A model generated the notes under the pieces. It was not told the DNA's origin and did no database searches. It was given only the letters and a program-made list of their open reading frames with translations. Below are positions 45,929 through 56,970 of a stretch of 64,000 nt of DNA, piece after piece. Position numbers and translations under genes: made by a program. Position 1 is the first letter of the stretch, and each line of letters opens with the position of its first letter. This stretch comes from Pseudomonadota bacterium (GTDB lineage Bacteria > Bdellovibrionota > Bdellovibrionia > Bdellovibrionales > SG-bin7), in the NCBI GenBank assembly GCA_034439715.1, contig JAWXAY010000033.1:1-64000 (forward strand), given 5' to 3'.

Positions 45929-46889
45929 GTTCTCCGCGCCGGTACTCTGGCGGGGTGCCATCTCTTTTTAGCCAAGATAAAAATTCGCGATCAGGACTTC
46001 GGCAAACCATTTGTCTAAATTTACCCTTCTCGTTTTTTTGATCTCCAGTGAGTCTTGCAAACTGTGATATTGTATTTGGTGGAGGACTGCGGCTGGCCGC
46101 TAAAAAACTGTAGGTCAGAGTTTTATTTTTTATGGGCAAATGTTTTTCAAGGTCGCCAAACCATTTAGGTTGTTGCCAGAATACTCGGTGGTGACACCAA
46201 TCGCTTTTCGTCGGCAAAAGGGGACAATCTTTCAAATGTGTGCAGGGCGCCCACAGATGAAACTTATTAAGGCGTAAGGTTTCACGCGTCGACAGTAAAT
46301 TTCTACCGTTTATTCGATCTGAGGGCTCAACGATAAGTACATTATTAAATTTTTCCCAACCGTCTGGCAAGTGGCCAAGCTCTAGGAGTGCATAAGAAAG
46401 TATGAGTAACTTTTTTTCGGGATGTGAAACCTCACTTAATTTTAAATCACTATGCCACGTCAGCTCAGCTGCCGGTAGTTCTGTTGCTTCTTTGGGGTAA
46501 AGCGATTGGAAGAGTGCGGGCGCATGTTTATAGCGCTCAATGCAAATACCCGAGCTTAAATCAATTAAGCTGTCGTTCAGAGCGCACGGAAAGGTCCCAG
46601 GCCCACTTCCAAAATCTACAAAGGATTTAATGTCCTTAAAAAAACCCACTCGGTTTGCTTCGTAGATTGCTGAACAAGCGCGAATATAATTAAGCGGAAA
46701 AAAATAGGCAATATAAGCTGCAAGGGCAGCCGGTTGCTCCCACGGAGTGATTCCCACTCTGTGAATATAGTGGTCTGATAGAGCTAAAATCGCATTTGCC
46801 AACTGCTTTGGCTTGGCAAAAGTGAAACCCTGTTTATTTAATAGGACCTCAAGACGATTATAGTAGTGTTCGGGAAATGAAAATTCCAT
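45831..46889 (-). CDS. Rsm22-like methyltransferase
   Basis: AYIAYFFPLN, DFGSGPG, IVEP, WAPCTHLKDCPL..DWCH; 98-bp convergent overlap with radical SAM gene. Confidence 0.75.
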   Translation of the reverse strand: MEFSFPEHYYNRLEVLLNKQGFTFAKPKQLANAILALSDHYIHRVGITPWEQPAALAAYIAYFFPLNYIRACSAIYEANRVGFFKDIKSFVDFGSGPGTFPCALNDSLIDLSSGICIERYKHAPALFQSLYPKEATELPAAELTWHSDLKLSEVSHPEKKLLILSYALLELGHLPDGWEKFNNVLIVEPSDRINGRNLLSTRETLRLNKFHLWAPCTHLKDCPLLPTKSDWCHHRVFWQQPKWFGDLEKHLPIKNKTLTYSFLAASRSPPPNTISQFARLTGDQKNEKGKFRQMVCRSPDREFLSWLKRDGTPPEYRRGELIKIAPEAQKVSNEIRVSSDDISVLAESLLDS

Positions 46890-46970
46890 GACTTATTATA
46901 GGCCTACCATATAGAATGCCACCATATAGAATTTTGGTAAGATTGCAATAGCAGAAGCAGAGGAGAAATT

Positions 46971-47816
46971 ATGTGGGGAATCATTGGCGGCACTGGCTTT
47001 GAAAAAATCGAGGGTTTTGAGATTATAGAGGATTTAAGTCCGGAGACTCCTTTTGGACCGGCGTCCTCTTATTTTAAACGCGTGCGTATTGGCGGAACTG
47101 AGTGCCTTTATCTCTCTCGTCACGGAACCCATCATGAACAATTGCCCTCAGAAGTAAATTATCAGGCCAATATTTTTGCCTTAAAAAGATGGGGAGCCTC
47201 GCGAGTTCTAGCTTTTTCGGCAGTCGGAAGCCTTGAGGCAGCCTGTAAGCCAGGTGATATGGCGATAATTTCTCAGTATATTGACCGCACCAAAGGTGTA
47301 CGTAAACACACTTATTGTGGCGAGGGGATTGTGGGCCATGTATCGCTCGCGTACCCTACTTGCTCCGCTTGGATGAAAGCCATTCAAGATTTAAAGAGCG
47401 AGTTTGATTTCCCTATCCATTTTGACAAAACATATTTGTGTATCGAAGGGCCTTACTTTTCTACTTTTGCCGAAAGTGTAAGTTACCAAAAAATGGGGGC
47501 GCATATTATTGGCATGACTCAGGTGCCTGAGATGAGTCTCGCACGCGAGGCGGGGCTTTGTTATTTGTCTTGCTGTTTTGTAACTGATTTTGACTGTTGG
47601 GATACTTCGATTGAACATGTTACTCAGCAAGAAATTATGCGCATCTTAAAACAGAATGCCAGTCGTGGTTTTTCTATTCTTGAAAGATTAGCTAGAACTA
47701 CTGACGAGGATATTGATGACTGTAAATGTTCCGCCCAGGGATTAAAAAATGGCTTGATGTCGCCTTTGTCGTCGCTCACTGATTCCCAGAAAAAATGGAT
47801 GTCTGTAATTTACTAA
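46971..47816 (+). CDS. mtnP: S-methyl-5'-thioadenosine phosphorylase
   Basis: GIIGGTG, TPFG, SRHG, VNYQANI, SAVGSL, EGPYFSTFAES, IGMT, VTDFDCW. Confidence 0.9.
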   Translation: MWGIIGGTGFEKIEGFEIIEDLSPETPFGPASSYFKRVRIGGTECLYLSRHGTHHEQLPSEVNYQANIFALKRWGASRVLAFSAVGSLEAACKPGDMAIISQYIDRTKGVRKHTYCGEGIVGHVSLAYPTCSAWMKAIQDLKSEFDFPIHFDKTYLCIEGPYFSTFAESVSYQKMGAHIIGMTQVPEMSLAREAGLCYLSCCFVTDFDCWDTSIEHVTQQEIMRILKQNASRGFSILERLARTTDEDIDDCKCSAQGLKNGLMSPLSSLTDSQKKWMSVIY

Positions 47817-48080
47817 ATTTTTTGAGACTAGTCGGGGCCTTTTTTTCAGGTACTTTTCGTGGGCTTTGAACTGTGGTGCAATGTCCGCGCTCTTTCGACT
47901 AAAACCTAGACGCCACACTCCTCACTCTTCTCGTAAACGCATTACGACTCAACTAATCGTCGTAGCATTTTGGCGTATCTTCGTCCTTCGGGCATCGCAG
48001 TTTTTACGCCAAATATTTAATACATTTAGATTTTGCTATCGTAGATATTTGACTGGCCTGTTCAAGTTCTAAATGCAACG

Positions 48081-48620
48081 ATGAAATCAAAACAATTGTC
48101 ATTTTTCAAAAAACTAACACTTGAGCATGGTGGGACTTTGGGAAAGGGTAAACGCAAGGGTGCGAGACCGATCTCGACGAAACACCCCATTCACCTTGTT
48201 TATCGGGCTTCTAAAGCTAGAGCGAAGCTCTCTCTTCTAAATTTCTCTCGACGAATAGACAAAATTCTTTCTCAACAGGCTCAAAAGTTTGGCGTTTCGA
48301 TTTACGAAAAGGCTAACTCTGGTAACCACCTTCACCTCTTAATTAGAGGTAAAAAGCGAGTGGGAATTCAAAAATTTTATATTTCTACGACAGCGCTTAT
48401 AGCACGCCTCGTGACAGGTACAAAAAAAGGTAATAAGTTTGGGAAATTCTGGGATCACTTAATATTTTCTAGGGTGCTCACCTCCTGGAGTCGTGAATTT
48501 TTGGATTTGAAGGATTACCTTGTACAAAACACACTAGAGACTTTAGGCCTTGTGCCCTTTAGGGCACGGCTGCGGCACGGAGCGCGGCATACGAACTTGG
48601 CGAGATCAAATTCAAGTTAA
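48081..48620 (+). mobile_element. Y1 (HUH) transposase, IS200/RAYT-like
   Basis: PIHLVYR, HUH motif NHLHLL, KFWD, FSR, candidate catalytic Tyr in DYLVQN; hairpins upstream. Confidence 0.65.
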
Positions 48621-48655
48621 TTAAGTTTTGGCCCATAGAACCATAAAATTGATGA

Positions 48656-48688
48656 TGAAAAGAAACCCTGAAAAGAAACCCTGAAAAG
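48656..48688 (+). repeat. 13-bp tandem repeat (2.5 copies)
   Basis: TGAAAAGAAACCC-TGAAAAGAAACCC-TGAAAAG. Confidence 0.8.
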
Positions 48689-48912
48689 TTCAATATGCAT
48701 TTTTTTCCACTTATCCCAAAGTGAGATTTTTTTGGACAGAGCAACTCCGACGAGTCAACACTGCCCAACTAACAGTCGCATGTAAGAATTTGGCTGGCGT
48801 GGTCTCCTAAAGTGCTTTAAACTGGGAATACAAATTGCAGCTTAGTAATGTGGAAATACGAATTAAAATGTGAAACCACGAATTGTAGTCTCAGAATGAT
48901 TCGGATGTAAAA

Positions 48913-49302
48913 ATGAATAAATCGTTAAGAACAGGCACGCTTGCAATTACTTTTTTGGTTTTGTTGGCATTTGGCTTTCAAAACTGTGCCGAAAAACCAT
49001 TGGAAATAAACCTTCAAAACCAGGGTAGTAATGTCCCTCTTAAATTGCTTTCTGATTGTGACGTTATCCCTGGAAATACTTCCCAGCTTCCGTTTTCAAG
49101 CTGCGGTGTTTATGATGGTTCGAATCAGGTAGTTTGTTCCTGTAGCCATACTAGCCAACGCTTAATAGAAAATTTCTTTACTTCGAGCGGAGATAGAGAA
49201 CATTGGCTCTCAGTTTACCCAAACAATACTATTTCTTATAATGGGCCGACTCAATACACAAACACCGGGCTATTCAAATTCATGGTTAAATACACCTATT
49301 GA
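48913..49302 (+). CDS. Small lipoprotein with FQNC lipobox
   Basis: [12 protein letters not shown]; Cys-containing mature part; possible sigma54 element TGGGAATACAAATTGCA at 48823-48839. Confidence 0.7.
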   Translation: MNKSLRTGTLAITFLVLLAFGFQNCAEKPLEINLQNQGSNVPLKLLSDCDVIPGNTSQLPFSSCGVYDGSNQVVCSCSHTSQRLIENFFTSSGDREHWLSVYPNNTISYNGPTQYTNTGLFKFMVKYTY

Positions 49303-52148
49303 TAACTTTCCATTGGTTCACATGAGCAATTAAAATTTTTATCGCCGTAAGCATTGTCGACGCGTGAAACTGGTGGCCAGTATTTGTGCTCGCGTAGCCA
49401 GGGTTTCGGAAAAGCAGCCACCTCGCGAGAGTAGGGGCGATCCCATGTCGAGCGCAACAATACACCACTCGTGTGGGGCGCATTCCTCAGGGGATTGTTA
49501 TTGCGAGGCATTTGACCTGTCTCCACTAACTTAATTTCTTCATAAATACTAATCAGTGCATCACAAAAACGATCAAGCTCTGGCAGCGACTCACTCTCCG
49601 TAGGTTCAATCATAAAAGTGCCGGGTACGGGAAACGACATAGTCGGGGCATGAAAGCCATAATCCATGAGACGCTTTGCCACGTCATCGACTGAAACATC
49701 AGTCGCGTTTTTAATGGGACGCAAATCAATAATACATTCGTGCGCAACTAAACCATTCTTACCTTTGTATAACACCGGAAAATAGCGATCGAGTCGATTC
49801 GCCATGTAGTTGGCATTAAGAATGGCGATTTCAGTGGCCTCGCGCAGACCTTCGGAGCCCATCATTTGAATAAATGCCCATGATATTGGTAGAATTCCGG
49901 CACTGCCCCATGGCGCTGCTGACACTGCGGATGTTCCTGTCTTCGGGCCACACTCGGGCACCACAACGTGCGAAGGCAAAAAAGGCGTTAAATGTTTAGC
50001 CACACCGATTGGCCCCATGCCGGGTCCGCCTCCACCATGAGGAATGCAAAAAGTTTTATGGAGATTTAAGTGGGCGACGTCCGCACCAAATTCAGCCGGC
50101 CGACATAAACCCACAAGCGCGTTCATGTTAGCGCCATCCATATACACTTGCCCGCCGTGATCATGTACGATTTTGCAAATGTCCTTTATGCTTTCTTCAA
50201 ACACACCATGAGTAGAAGGATAAGTAATCATAAGTGCCGAAAGATTTTTTTGATTTTCTTTGGCTTTATTTTTTAAATCTGCCACATCTACATTTCCGCT
50301 CGCATCACAAGCTACCACCACGACTTTAAATCCAGCCAGTACCGCGCTGGCTGGATTAGTTCCATGAGCCGAACTAGGTATTAAACAAATGTTTCTATTT
50401 TTTTCTCCACGCGATAAGTGGTAAGCATTAATAATCAACAAGCCCGCATATTCGCCCTGCGAGCCGGCATTAGGTTGGAGCGACATAGCCGAGAATCCAG
50501 TAATGTCGGCGAGCCACTTTTCAAGTTCTAAAAAAAGCTGCCGGTAGCCCACGGTTTGTTCCTGAGGAGTAAAGGGATGTAGATTACAGAACTCAGGCCA
50601 AGTGACAGGGTACATCTCGCTCGTCGCGTTTAACTTCATGGTACATGAACCCAACGGAATCATTGATGTTGTGAGTGAAAGGTCTTTGGCTTCAAGCCGG
50701 TGTATGTAGCGCAGCATTTCCGTTTCTGAGTGGTATTTATTAAAAACATTTTGTTTTAAAAAGTCAGTTTTTCGGAGCAGATTTGGCCCCAAAGCAAGAG
50801 CACTCTCCACGAGAGATTTCTCGCTCACAGAATATTTTTTACCAAGCGAAAGTGCACTCAAGAGCAAGTTTAAATCACCCAAAGAAATAGATTCGTCAAA
50901 AGAAATCCCAAAACTATTTGGACTGACTTTTCGTAAGTTTATTTTTTGCGCCTCACACGCTTTTAAGATTTCAGATGTTTTTTCAGTTTCTACCGTTAGT
51001 GTATCGAAAAAAACGTCACCCTTAATTTTATAGCCAAGTTTTAGTAGTTCCGCGCGCACAAAAACTGTCATTCGGTGTACCCGTAATGCAATATTTTTTA
51101 AGCCTTGGGGGCCGTGGTAGACCGCATACATGCTGGCCATCACGGCGAGCAGAACTTGCGAGGTACAAATATTACTTGAAGCTTTTTCGCGACGGATGTG
51201 TTGTTCACGAGTTTGCAGGGCAAGTCTTAACGCCAGATGGCCTTCTGTATCTTTTGAAACCCCAATAAACCGACCGGGGACCAGGCGTTTAAACTCATCC
51301 CGAGTCGCTATAAATGCGGCGTGCGGGCCACCAAAACCCATGGGTACGCCGAACCTTTGCGAACTGCCAATGGCGACATCGGCGCCCATTTCAGCAGGGG
51401 ATTTGACCAATGTAATGGCTAAGAGGTCACAGTTCATAATTATCATAGCACCTTGAGCCTTGGCTTTTTTCACACTATTTTCTAAATCTCTTATTTCACC
51501 ATCCAAACTTGTCTGTTGTAAAAAGGCAGCAAAAAGAGGCTCGTTAAAGGCATAAGATTTTGGGTCATCTATAATGAGTTCTAAACCAAGAGGTGTTGCC
51601 CTCGTTTTTAAAACCTCAATGGTTTGTGGAAACGACCTGAGATCAACAAACATTTTTTTTGAAGAATGGCTTTTTGCACTTTTCGCATTAAAACATAAAA
51701 ACATAGCCTCTGCCGCGGCCGTGGCTTCATCTAACAGACTCGCGTTTGCAAGATCAAATCCGGTCAGTTCCATGATCATAGTTTGAAAATTCAAAAGTGC
51801 TTCCATGCGGCCTTGAGAAATCTCAGCTTGATAGGGCGTGTAAGCAGTATACCATCCCGGATTTTCGAGAATATTTCGTTGAATGACAGGGGGCGTGTGG
51901 GTGCCGTAATATCCCATTCCAATATAGGATTTAAAAACCTGATTCTTGCCAGCGATTTCTCGAGCTCGAATAAGAGAGTCGGATTCAGAAAGTCCTTGTC
52001 CTATTTGATACGGCTGCTGGGTTCTAATATTTGCCGGGACAGTTTTGTTGATCAGCTCATCGAGGCTAGTTAGACCCAAACTATCCAGCATTTTTTTTTG
52101 TTGTGCAGCATCGGGTCCGATATGGCGGCGTGCAAATGTAAAAGACAT
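49296..52148 (-). CDS. gcvP: Glycine dehydrogenase (single-chain P protein)
   Basis: [56 protein letters not shown] 52148 with SD AAGGGG. Confidence 0.97.
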   Translation of the reverse strand: MSFTFARRHIGPDAAQQKKMLDSLGLTSLDELINKTVPANIRTQQPYQIGQGLSESDSLIRAREIAGKNQVFKSYIGMGYYGTHTPPVIQRNILENPGWYTAYTPYQAEISQGRMEALLNFQTMIMELTGFDLANASLLDEATAAAEAMFLCFNAKSAKSHSSKKMFVDLRSFPQTIEVLKTRATPLGLELIIDDPKSYAFNEPLFAAFLQQTSLDGEIRDLENSVKKAKAQGAMIIMNCDLLAITLVKSPAEMGADVAIGSSQRFGVPMGFGGPHAAFIATRDEFKRLVPGRFIGVSKDTEGHLALRLALQTREQHIRREKASSNICTSQVLLAVMASMYAVYHGPQGLKNIALRVHRMTVFVRAELLKLGYKIKGDVFFDTLTVETEKTSEILKACEAQKINLRKVSPNSFGISFDESISLGDLNLLLSALSLGKKYSVSEKSLVESALALGPNLLRKTDFLKQNVFNKYHSETEMLRYIHRLEAKDLSLTTSMIPLGSCTMKLNATSEMYPVTWPEFCNLHPFTPQEQTVGYRQLFLELEKWLADITGFSAMSLQPNAGSQGEYAGLLIINAYHLSRGEKNRNICLIPSSAHGTNPASAVLAGFKVVVVACDASGNVDVADLKNKAKENQKNLSALMITYPSTHGVFEESIKDICKIVHDHGGQVYMDGANMNALVGLCRPAEFGADVAHLNLHKTFCIPHGGGGPGMGPIGVAKHLTPFLPSHVVVPECGPKTGTSAVSAAPWGSAGILPISWAFIQMMGSEGLREATEIAILNANYMANRLDRYFPVLYKGKNGLVAHECIIDLRPIKNATDVSVDDVAKRLMDYGFHAPTMSFPVPGTFMIEPTESESLPELDRFCDALISIYEEIKLVETGQMPRNNNPLRNAPHTSGVLLRSTWDRPYSREVAAFPKPWLREHKYWPPVSRVDNAYGDKNFNCSCEPMESYQ

Positions 52149-52189
52149 AAAACCCCTTAACAGAATTAGCATAAAGCTTAGGGAGATGT

Positions 52190-52663
52190 CTATTGCCGGG
52201 CTTTTTGTTCTTTTACGATTTCAGTAAGGGCGGCGGAAGTCGGGCTCGAGTATTCCATGCCTTCCACAAACTTATGGTTTTCACGAGTATCAGCATCAAG
52301 CTTACCAATAATGACATTGGCCTTGCGCAATCTCTCAGCAAGACTAGTCAACATTGACCTCGCCCAATCAGGCAGTTCATCCAAAATAGTGTTATAGGCG
52401 GCTTCGTCGACCATTACGGCGCGCACTTCAGTTAACGCTTGGGCTGTTGCAGAGCGAGGCTGTTGGTCTAAAAGTGCAAACTCGCCAAGAGAGTGACCTT
52501 CTTCAACTACCGCGATTGAGAGCTTGTTTCCTTTAGGACCTTTTTTATGGATCTCTACTCGGCCTTCTTGAATTACGTAAAACTGAAAACTTTTTTCGCC
52601 CTCGTTAAAAAGAATATCGCCAGCGTTAAAGCGTACGCCTTCCAATTGTTGTTTTTCAAACAT
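52190..52663 (-). CDS. Cyclic nucleotide-binding domain protein
   Basis: [21 protein letters not shown]; no clear HTH. Confidence 0.85.
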   Translation of the reverse strand: MFEKQQLEGVRFNAGDILFNEGEKSFQFYVIQEGRVEIHKKGPKGNKLSIAVVEEGHSLGEFALLDQQPRSATAQALTEVRAVMVDEAAYNTILDELPDWARSMLTSLAERLRKANVIIGKLDADTRENHKFVEGMEYSSPTSAALTEIVKEQKARQ

Positions 52664-53058
52664 TACTTAGTTGTCTTTTTGGCCTTTTTTTTTAGTTTGG
52701 CCCTGATTGTTTTTGAAAATTTCTGCTTATGCGTTGTGGCTTTCTTTTTTACAGTTTCGAAGTGCCCCTTAGCCTCTGATTTTGATTTTTGAAAGAAGCC
52801 AATAACACTGGCGATTTCCTTATCAAACTGCCCTTGCAATTTATTGATTGTTTTTAGGACTTCATTATATCGACTCTCAAGCTGCTTAACTCGACCTCTA
52901 TTCTTAGGGCTCAGCTTGGATTGAAAGTCCACTTTACGAACTTCACTAGCCAGTCTAACAACTTCAGATTTTATTTTGTCCACGCTGTTAAGTTTAAGAA
53001 TTTCGTCTTTAAGCTTTTTAATTTTGTTTTTGTCTAATTTAAAATCGCCGATCATCAC
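52663..53058 (-). CDS. Basic coiled-coil hypothetical protein
   Basis: 131-aa Lys-rich ORF coupled to the cNMP gene, SD AGGGG. Confidence 0.65.
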   Translation of the reverse strand: MMIGDFKLDKNKIKKLKDEILKLNSVDKIKSEVVRLASEVRKVDFQSKLSPKNRGRVKQLESRYNEVLKTINKLQGQFDKEIASVIGFFQKSKSEAKGHFETVKKKATTHKQKFSKTIRAKLKKKAKKTTK

Positions 53059-53389
53059 ATGAGCCCCCTTGTTTTAGGCCCAAGTATATTCATTTATTTG
53101 GCACTAAGCTAGCGCCAAATTGCGCACCATCGGTGCCATCTAACGGCGTTTTTTTGTAATAAGACCACCGATTGTGTCGTCTCTGTTTACAGTTTCTCAA
53201 GTAAATTCCTCGATTATACGCGCTTTGGTAAAAATCGCTAACTTCGAATTTACCAAACTGTGACCTAGCCATCAGTCTAAAACCCATCTAAAATTTAAGC
53301 ACTTACAGCTTTCTATTTTCAAATTCAAGCCTCTACATTCAAAAGAAAAGGCCCTTTTTGTCACTTTGCCTTCACAAATGTCAAAAAAA

Positions 53390-53406
53390 TTGGCAGGGGG
53401 TTTGCT
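53390..53406 (+). promoter_or_regulatory. Sigma54 promoter
   Basis: TTGGCAGGGGGTTTGCT (GG-N10-GC); IHF-like ATTTAA-GCAC-TTA at 53293-53305. Confidence 0.65.
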
Positions 53407-53502
53407 TATTTGAGCCTCGAACACGCTTTATAAAATTGGGCCTTGGCTTGGTGCTATGGTTCGAGAATTTAATTTAACAACATTTTTCATAAGGAGTAAA
53501 AT

Positions 53503-54558
53503 ATGAAAAAAATTATATCGTCGATTGCTGTCGTTGCAGTCGCCTTTAGTATGTCGGCACAAGCTGAACAGAAACAAGAAATGGAAACTATTAATATTGA
53601 GGGTTTAGATAGCAAGAATACGACTCTTACTAGCCTTGGTCAAACTGGAGTTAACCTTCTTGTCAACACTGGAAACTTAGTTATTGCTTTAAACAATAAT
53701 ATAAACGCACTTCCAGATGGTTTAGACAAAAAAGCTGATGATCTTCAGAAATGTATTGCTGAAAACTTTGAGAAGTTCGAAAAATATGATGGCGATAAAC
53801 CGGTTACAGTTGCAATGTGTACTGTTGGTTCAGTCGTAGATGCAGTCGGTATTGTTATCGAAAAAACAACAGGCGCTGCTTTTCGTATAACTGCAGTTCC
53901 CGGAAAACTTTTGGCAGATGCTGGCAGTTCACTGCTTGCCGATGTGGCGGTAGTTGTTGATTCAATGAACGATAAAGATATGACTAAAATCCCTGGTATG
54001 TGGGCATATCAACTTGGTTACGTTATCGCTGCAGGTTCTGTTGGCGTTGTTGGCGAAATCACTGGCGAGATGATTCAATTTATTTCTGATAAAGGTCAGA
54101 AAACAGTTGAATTAGTAATCAATGGTGTTCGCACTGGAATCAAAGTTGCGCATAAAGGTGCCGTTATACTTGTGCACTACTCTATTAAAGCCGGTAAAGA
54201 AGTTGGCGAGCGCGTAGTTCTAGTTGTTGGCGACGCTTTAGTATCAGCTATTGACACTTACTCTACTCTTCAGTGTGGTCTTGCTACTGGTGCAAAAGCT
54301 GGCACTAACATCGTTCTTGATCTTTTCCGATCACAAGATACGATCGATCAAAGAGAACGCGAAGAGCGTGGTAATGCTTGTGACTACAATCGCAATCTTG
54401 CTGCAGATGCAGGTCACATCGTATTAAAAATATTAACTATTTCTATCCGAGCGTTCACAAACGAATCGTATGAAGAGTTTATGGCTAAAGGTGGAAAAAA
54501 CAATTTCTGCCCCAACGGCTATAAAAGTGATCGCAAAGGTTTTCAAGTTTGCAAATAA
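53503..54558 (+). CDS. Secreted amphipathic-helical protein, paralog A
   Basis: Signal peptide ending AQA; SD AAGGAG; motifs shared with 58560-59462. Confidence 0.82.
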   Translation: MKKIISSIAVVAVAFSMSAQAEQKQEMETINIEGLDSKNTTLTSLGQTGVNLLVNTGNLVIALNNNINALPDGLDKKADDLQKCIAENFEKFEKYDGDKPVTVAMCTVGSVVDAVGIVIEKTTGAAFRITAVPGKLLADAGSSLLADVAVVVDSMNDKDMTKIPGMWAYQLGYVIAAGSVGVVGEITGEMIQFISDKGQKTVELVINGVRTGIKVAHKGAVILVHYSIKAGKEVGERVVLVVGDALVSAIDTYSTLQCGLATGAKAGTNIVLDLFRSQDTIDQREREERGNACDYNRNLAADAGHIVLKILTISIRAFTNESYEEFMAKGGKNNFCPNGYKSDRKGFQVCK

Positions 54559-54592
54559 ATTATTAATATAATTTATTTGTTAGTAATTAAAC

Positions 54593-54626
54593 GCAGCCTC
54601 TTCGTTAGTGGAGAGGCTGTTTTTTT
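54593..54626 (+). terminator. Intrinsic terminator between paralogs A and B
   Basis: GCAGCCTCTTC-GTTAGT-GGAGAGGCTGT-TTTTTT. Confidence 0.8.
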
Positions 54627-54652
54627 ATGAAGAGAAAAGTCAGGAGTAAATT

Positions 54653-55486
54653 ATGAAAACAAAAACCTTCCTAACCCTCTTGGTGTTCTCTGTGTTTTGT
54701 GTCAATGCATTTTGTGAAGAATCTGAAGTCTGTCCTAATCCTCAAGTTGAAAAATATAAATCTGTACAAAAAGAGTTTGATAACGTGGCCATGGATGATG
54801 CCATGCGAACTGGCGCCCGAGTCGTTGTCATGATCCCGGGTATAATAAAGAAGAATTTTGATCTTGAAAACTTTAACGGCGATGTCTGGCAAGAAATCAA
54901 AGGTGGCTACGAATGTATGAAAGACACCCTGACTGGCGGCGCTGAATGGTACAACACGGTTCAGAAAGCTACTTTTTGCCCCGTGTCCACATTAACTGGT
55001 GTAGTTGTTGATACCAGTGAAACAATAGTAAAAAGCGTGGCGCAAGTGCCACACGTCATAGGTGACCTAGCTGACTTAGGTGATAATCTCGCCCAAGCAG
55101 GTCTTGAAAAAACTTTAGAGCTTTCAAGAAACCCCGATTTCATTTTAGCCTTTGCAGGTATTCTTGGGACAATACCCATGGGTGTGATTGACCTCGCCTT
55201 TAAGGCAACGAGTTTAGTTACCCATTTTGTTGGAAACCTTGTGGATACCATTATTAATTATAATTTGGCAGGAGCTGCAATGTCGGCGGTGAGAATTGGC
55301 CAAGGGTTTTATTTATTGAATCCTGAGACGATAGTTGATAGCAGCAAAGAACTTGGCTGCCGGGTGGGGACAATTCCAGAGGTGATTTATTATTCATTGG
55401 GTGATAAAATTGAACCTAGACCGATAAAATCTTCGATTAAACCTTATTGTGATGTACGCCGCGGCGATTGTACTGAGTACGATTAG
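54653..55486 (+). CDS. Secreted amphipathic-helical protein, paralog B
   Basis: Signal peptide; SD CAGGAG; C-terminal KPYCDVRRGDC shared with 58560-59462. Confidence 0.8.
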   Translation: MKTKTFLTLLVFSVFCVNAFCEESEVCPNPQVEKYKSVQKEFDNVAMDDAMRTGARVVVMIPGIIKKNFDLENFNGDVWQEIKGGYECMKDTLTGGAEWYNTVQKATFCPVSTLTGVVVDTSETIVKSVAQVPHVIGDLADLGDNLAQAGLEKTLELSRNPDFILAFAGILGTIPMGVIDLAFKATSLVTHFVGNLVDTIINYNLAGAAMSAVRIGQGFYLLNPETIVDSSKELGCRVGTIPEVIYYSLGDKIEPRPIKSSIKPYCDVRRGDCTEYD

Positions 55487-55553
55487 CCTTAGCCAAAGGT
55501 CCAATTCGGCGTCACCATTTGTTAATTTTCTCGAGTCCGACTAAAATGGGAGC

Positions 55554-56831
55554 ATGGCCAAAACCCCGCTACCCAAAAAACTAAATATTTGTTTTGTTGC
55601 TAAAAAGTTTCCGATACTTTCTCGGGTGGCGGATCATGGTTTTTTATGGCCAATTGCTAAAGGCCTTACTCAGCTGGGACACAAAGTTACTATACTTTCT
55701 AGCCAAAATCCCCAAGGCAAAAAAGAATTTATCGAAGGCAACATTCGCGCGCTCTATTTAAAAGAAGCCACATTTTCAAGTTCGGCCTCTTTTAGTGATC
55801 TCGTTCACGCCAAATTTGTTGAGCTGCATAGCAAAGAGCCTTTTCATATTCTACATTCACTTGATACGTCAGCCGCGAGTTTAGAAAAGTTAAAAAAACA
55901 GCTTAAGTTTGCCCTGGCCTTTGATGTGGAGGCCACTCAAATTGCTCAGGTGCTCGCAATTATCGGTATGGCCCAAGAAAACTTCGCTAGCATTATTAAT
56001 ACAGGCACTGCCGTATCCTATAAGTTTTTGAGAACTTATTTAGGATCTGACAGAGTCCTGCTTAATTCTGCCGACGGTATGTTCGTCACGACTCCTCAGC
56101 AGCGGATTGTTCTAGAGCGCTACTATTTGTATCCCGACACTCGCATTTATACCGTTCCTTATGGTGTAGAAATGAAAAACTTAGAGTTGAAGGCCAAATC
56201 AGAAGGGCTCATGAAAGAGGTGGGTTTGCCAGAGGGAACTCAAGTGGTGTTAACTATTACTGACATGACTGAACTCGAGGAGATCAGACATTTGCTCGTG
56301 GCTTTTCAAAAGGTAACAATTAAAAAGCCGAGTACTCGTTTAATTATTATTGGCAATGGTCCGCTAAAAAAAGAAATAGAATATGAGATGCTAACCTTGG
56401 CACTAGGATCCCGAGTGATCTTTGCAGGTGCTGTTTCGGCAGATGTGATTTCAGACTATATTAGCCTGTGTGATGTTTATGTAAATTTAAGCGCCCGTAC
56501 CAGCGGGTTCGAACCTACGATGCTCGAAGCAATGGCGCAAAAAAAGGTAATTGTAGGTTCTGAAGTCAGCCCCATTGCCAATATCGTAGAAGACGGACGT
56601 GATGGGTTTTTAATTAGACCTGCCGACACTCTAGCACTTTGCACACTCTTAATAGATATTTTCGAGTTCCCACTTTTATCGCGTGAAATTGGCGAAAGTG
56701 CCCGCAAAAAAGTCGTAAACTTGTTTGATACCGAGAAAATGGTTAATGAGACTACAGGGGCCTATTTTTCAATTTTGGAGCGAACAGGCTGGTATTCTAA
56801 ATCTCAGACTAAGGACCTGCCCTTATTTTAA
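55554..56831 (+). CDS. GT4 family glycosyltransferase
   Basis: LTQLGHKVTIL, LIIIGNGP, GFEPTMLEAMA, IVEDGRDGFL. Confidence 0.88.
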   Translation: MAKTPLPKKLNICFVAKKFPILSRVADHGFLWPIAKGLTQLGHKVTILSSQNPQGKKEFIEGNIRALYLKEATFSSSASFSDLVHAKFVELHSKEPFHILHSLDTSAASLEKLKKQLKFALAFDVEATQIAQVLAIIGMAQENFASIINTGTAVSYKFLRTYLGSDRVLLNSADGMFVTTPQQRIVLERYYLYPDTRIYTVPYGVEMKNLELKAKSEGLMKEVGLPEGTQVVLTITDMTELEEIRHLLVAFQKVTIKKPSTRLIIIGNGPLKKEIEYEMLTLALGSRVIFAGAVSADVISDYISLCDVYVNLSARTSGFEPTMLEAMAQKKVIVGSEVSPIANIVEDGRDGFLIRPADTLALCTLLIDIFEFPLLSREIGESARKKVVNLFDTEKMVNETTGAYFSILERTGWYSKSQTKDLPLF

Positions 56832-56970
56832 CTTCTGAGATATAAAATATCCCATGACGCTAAACAGAATGGAAAATAATTAAAATAATTCCTTCCATGG
56901 CCTAAGGCCTCTAAGTATACTTATTAGTAGTTTCAATAGTTTATGCAATATTCAGCAGGGATTTAAGACC

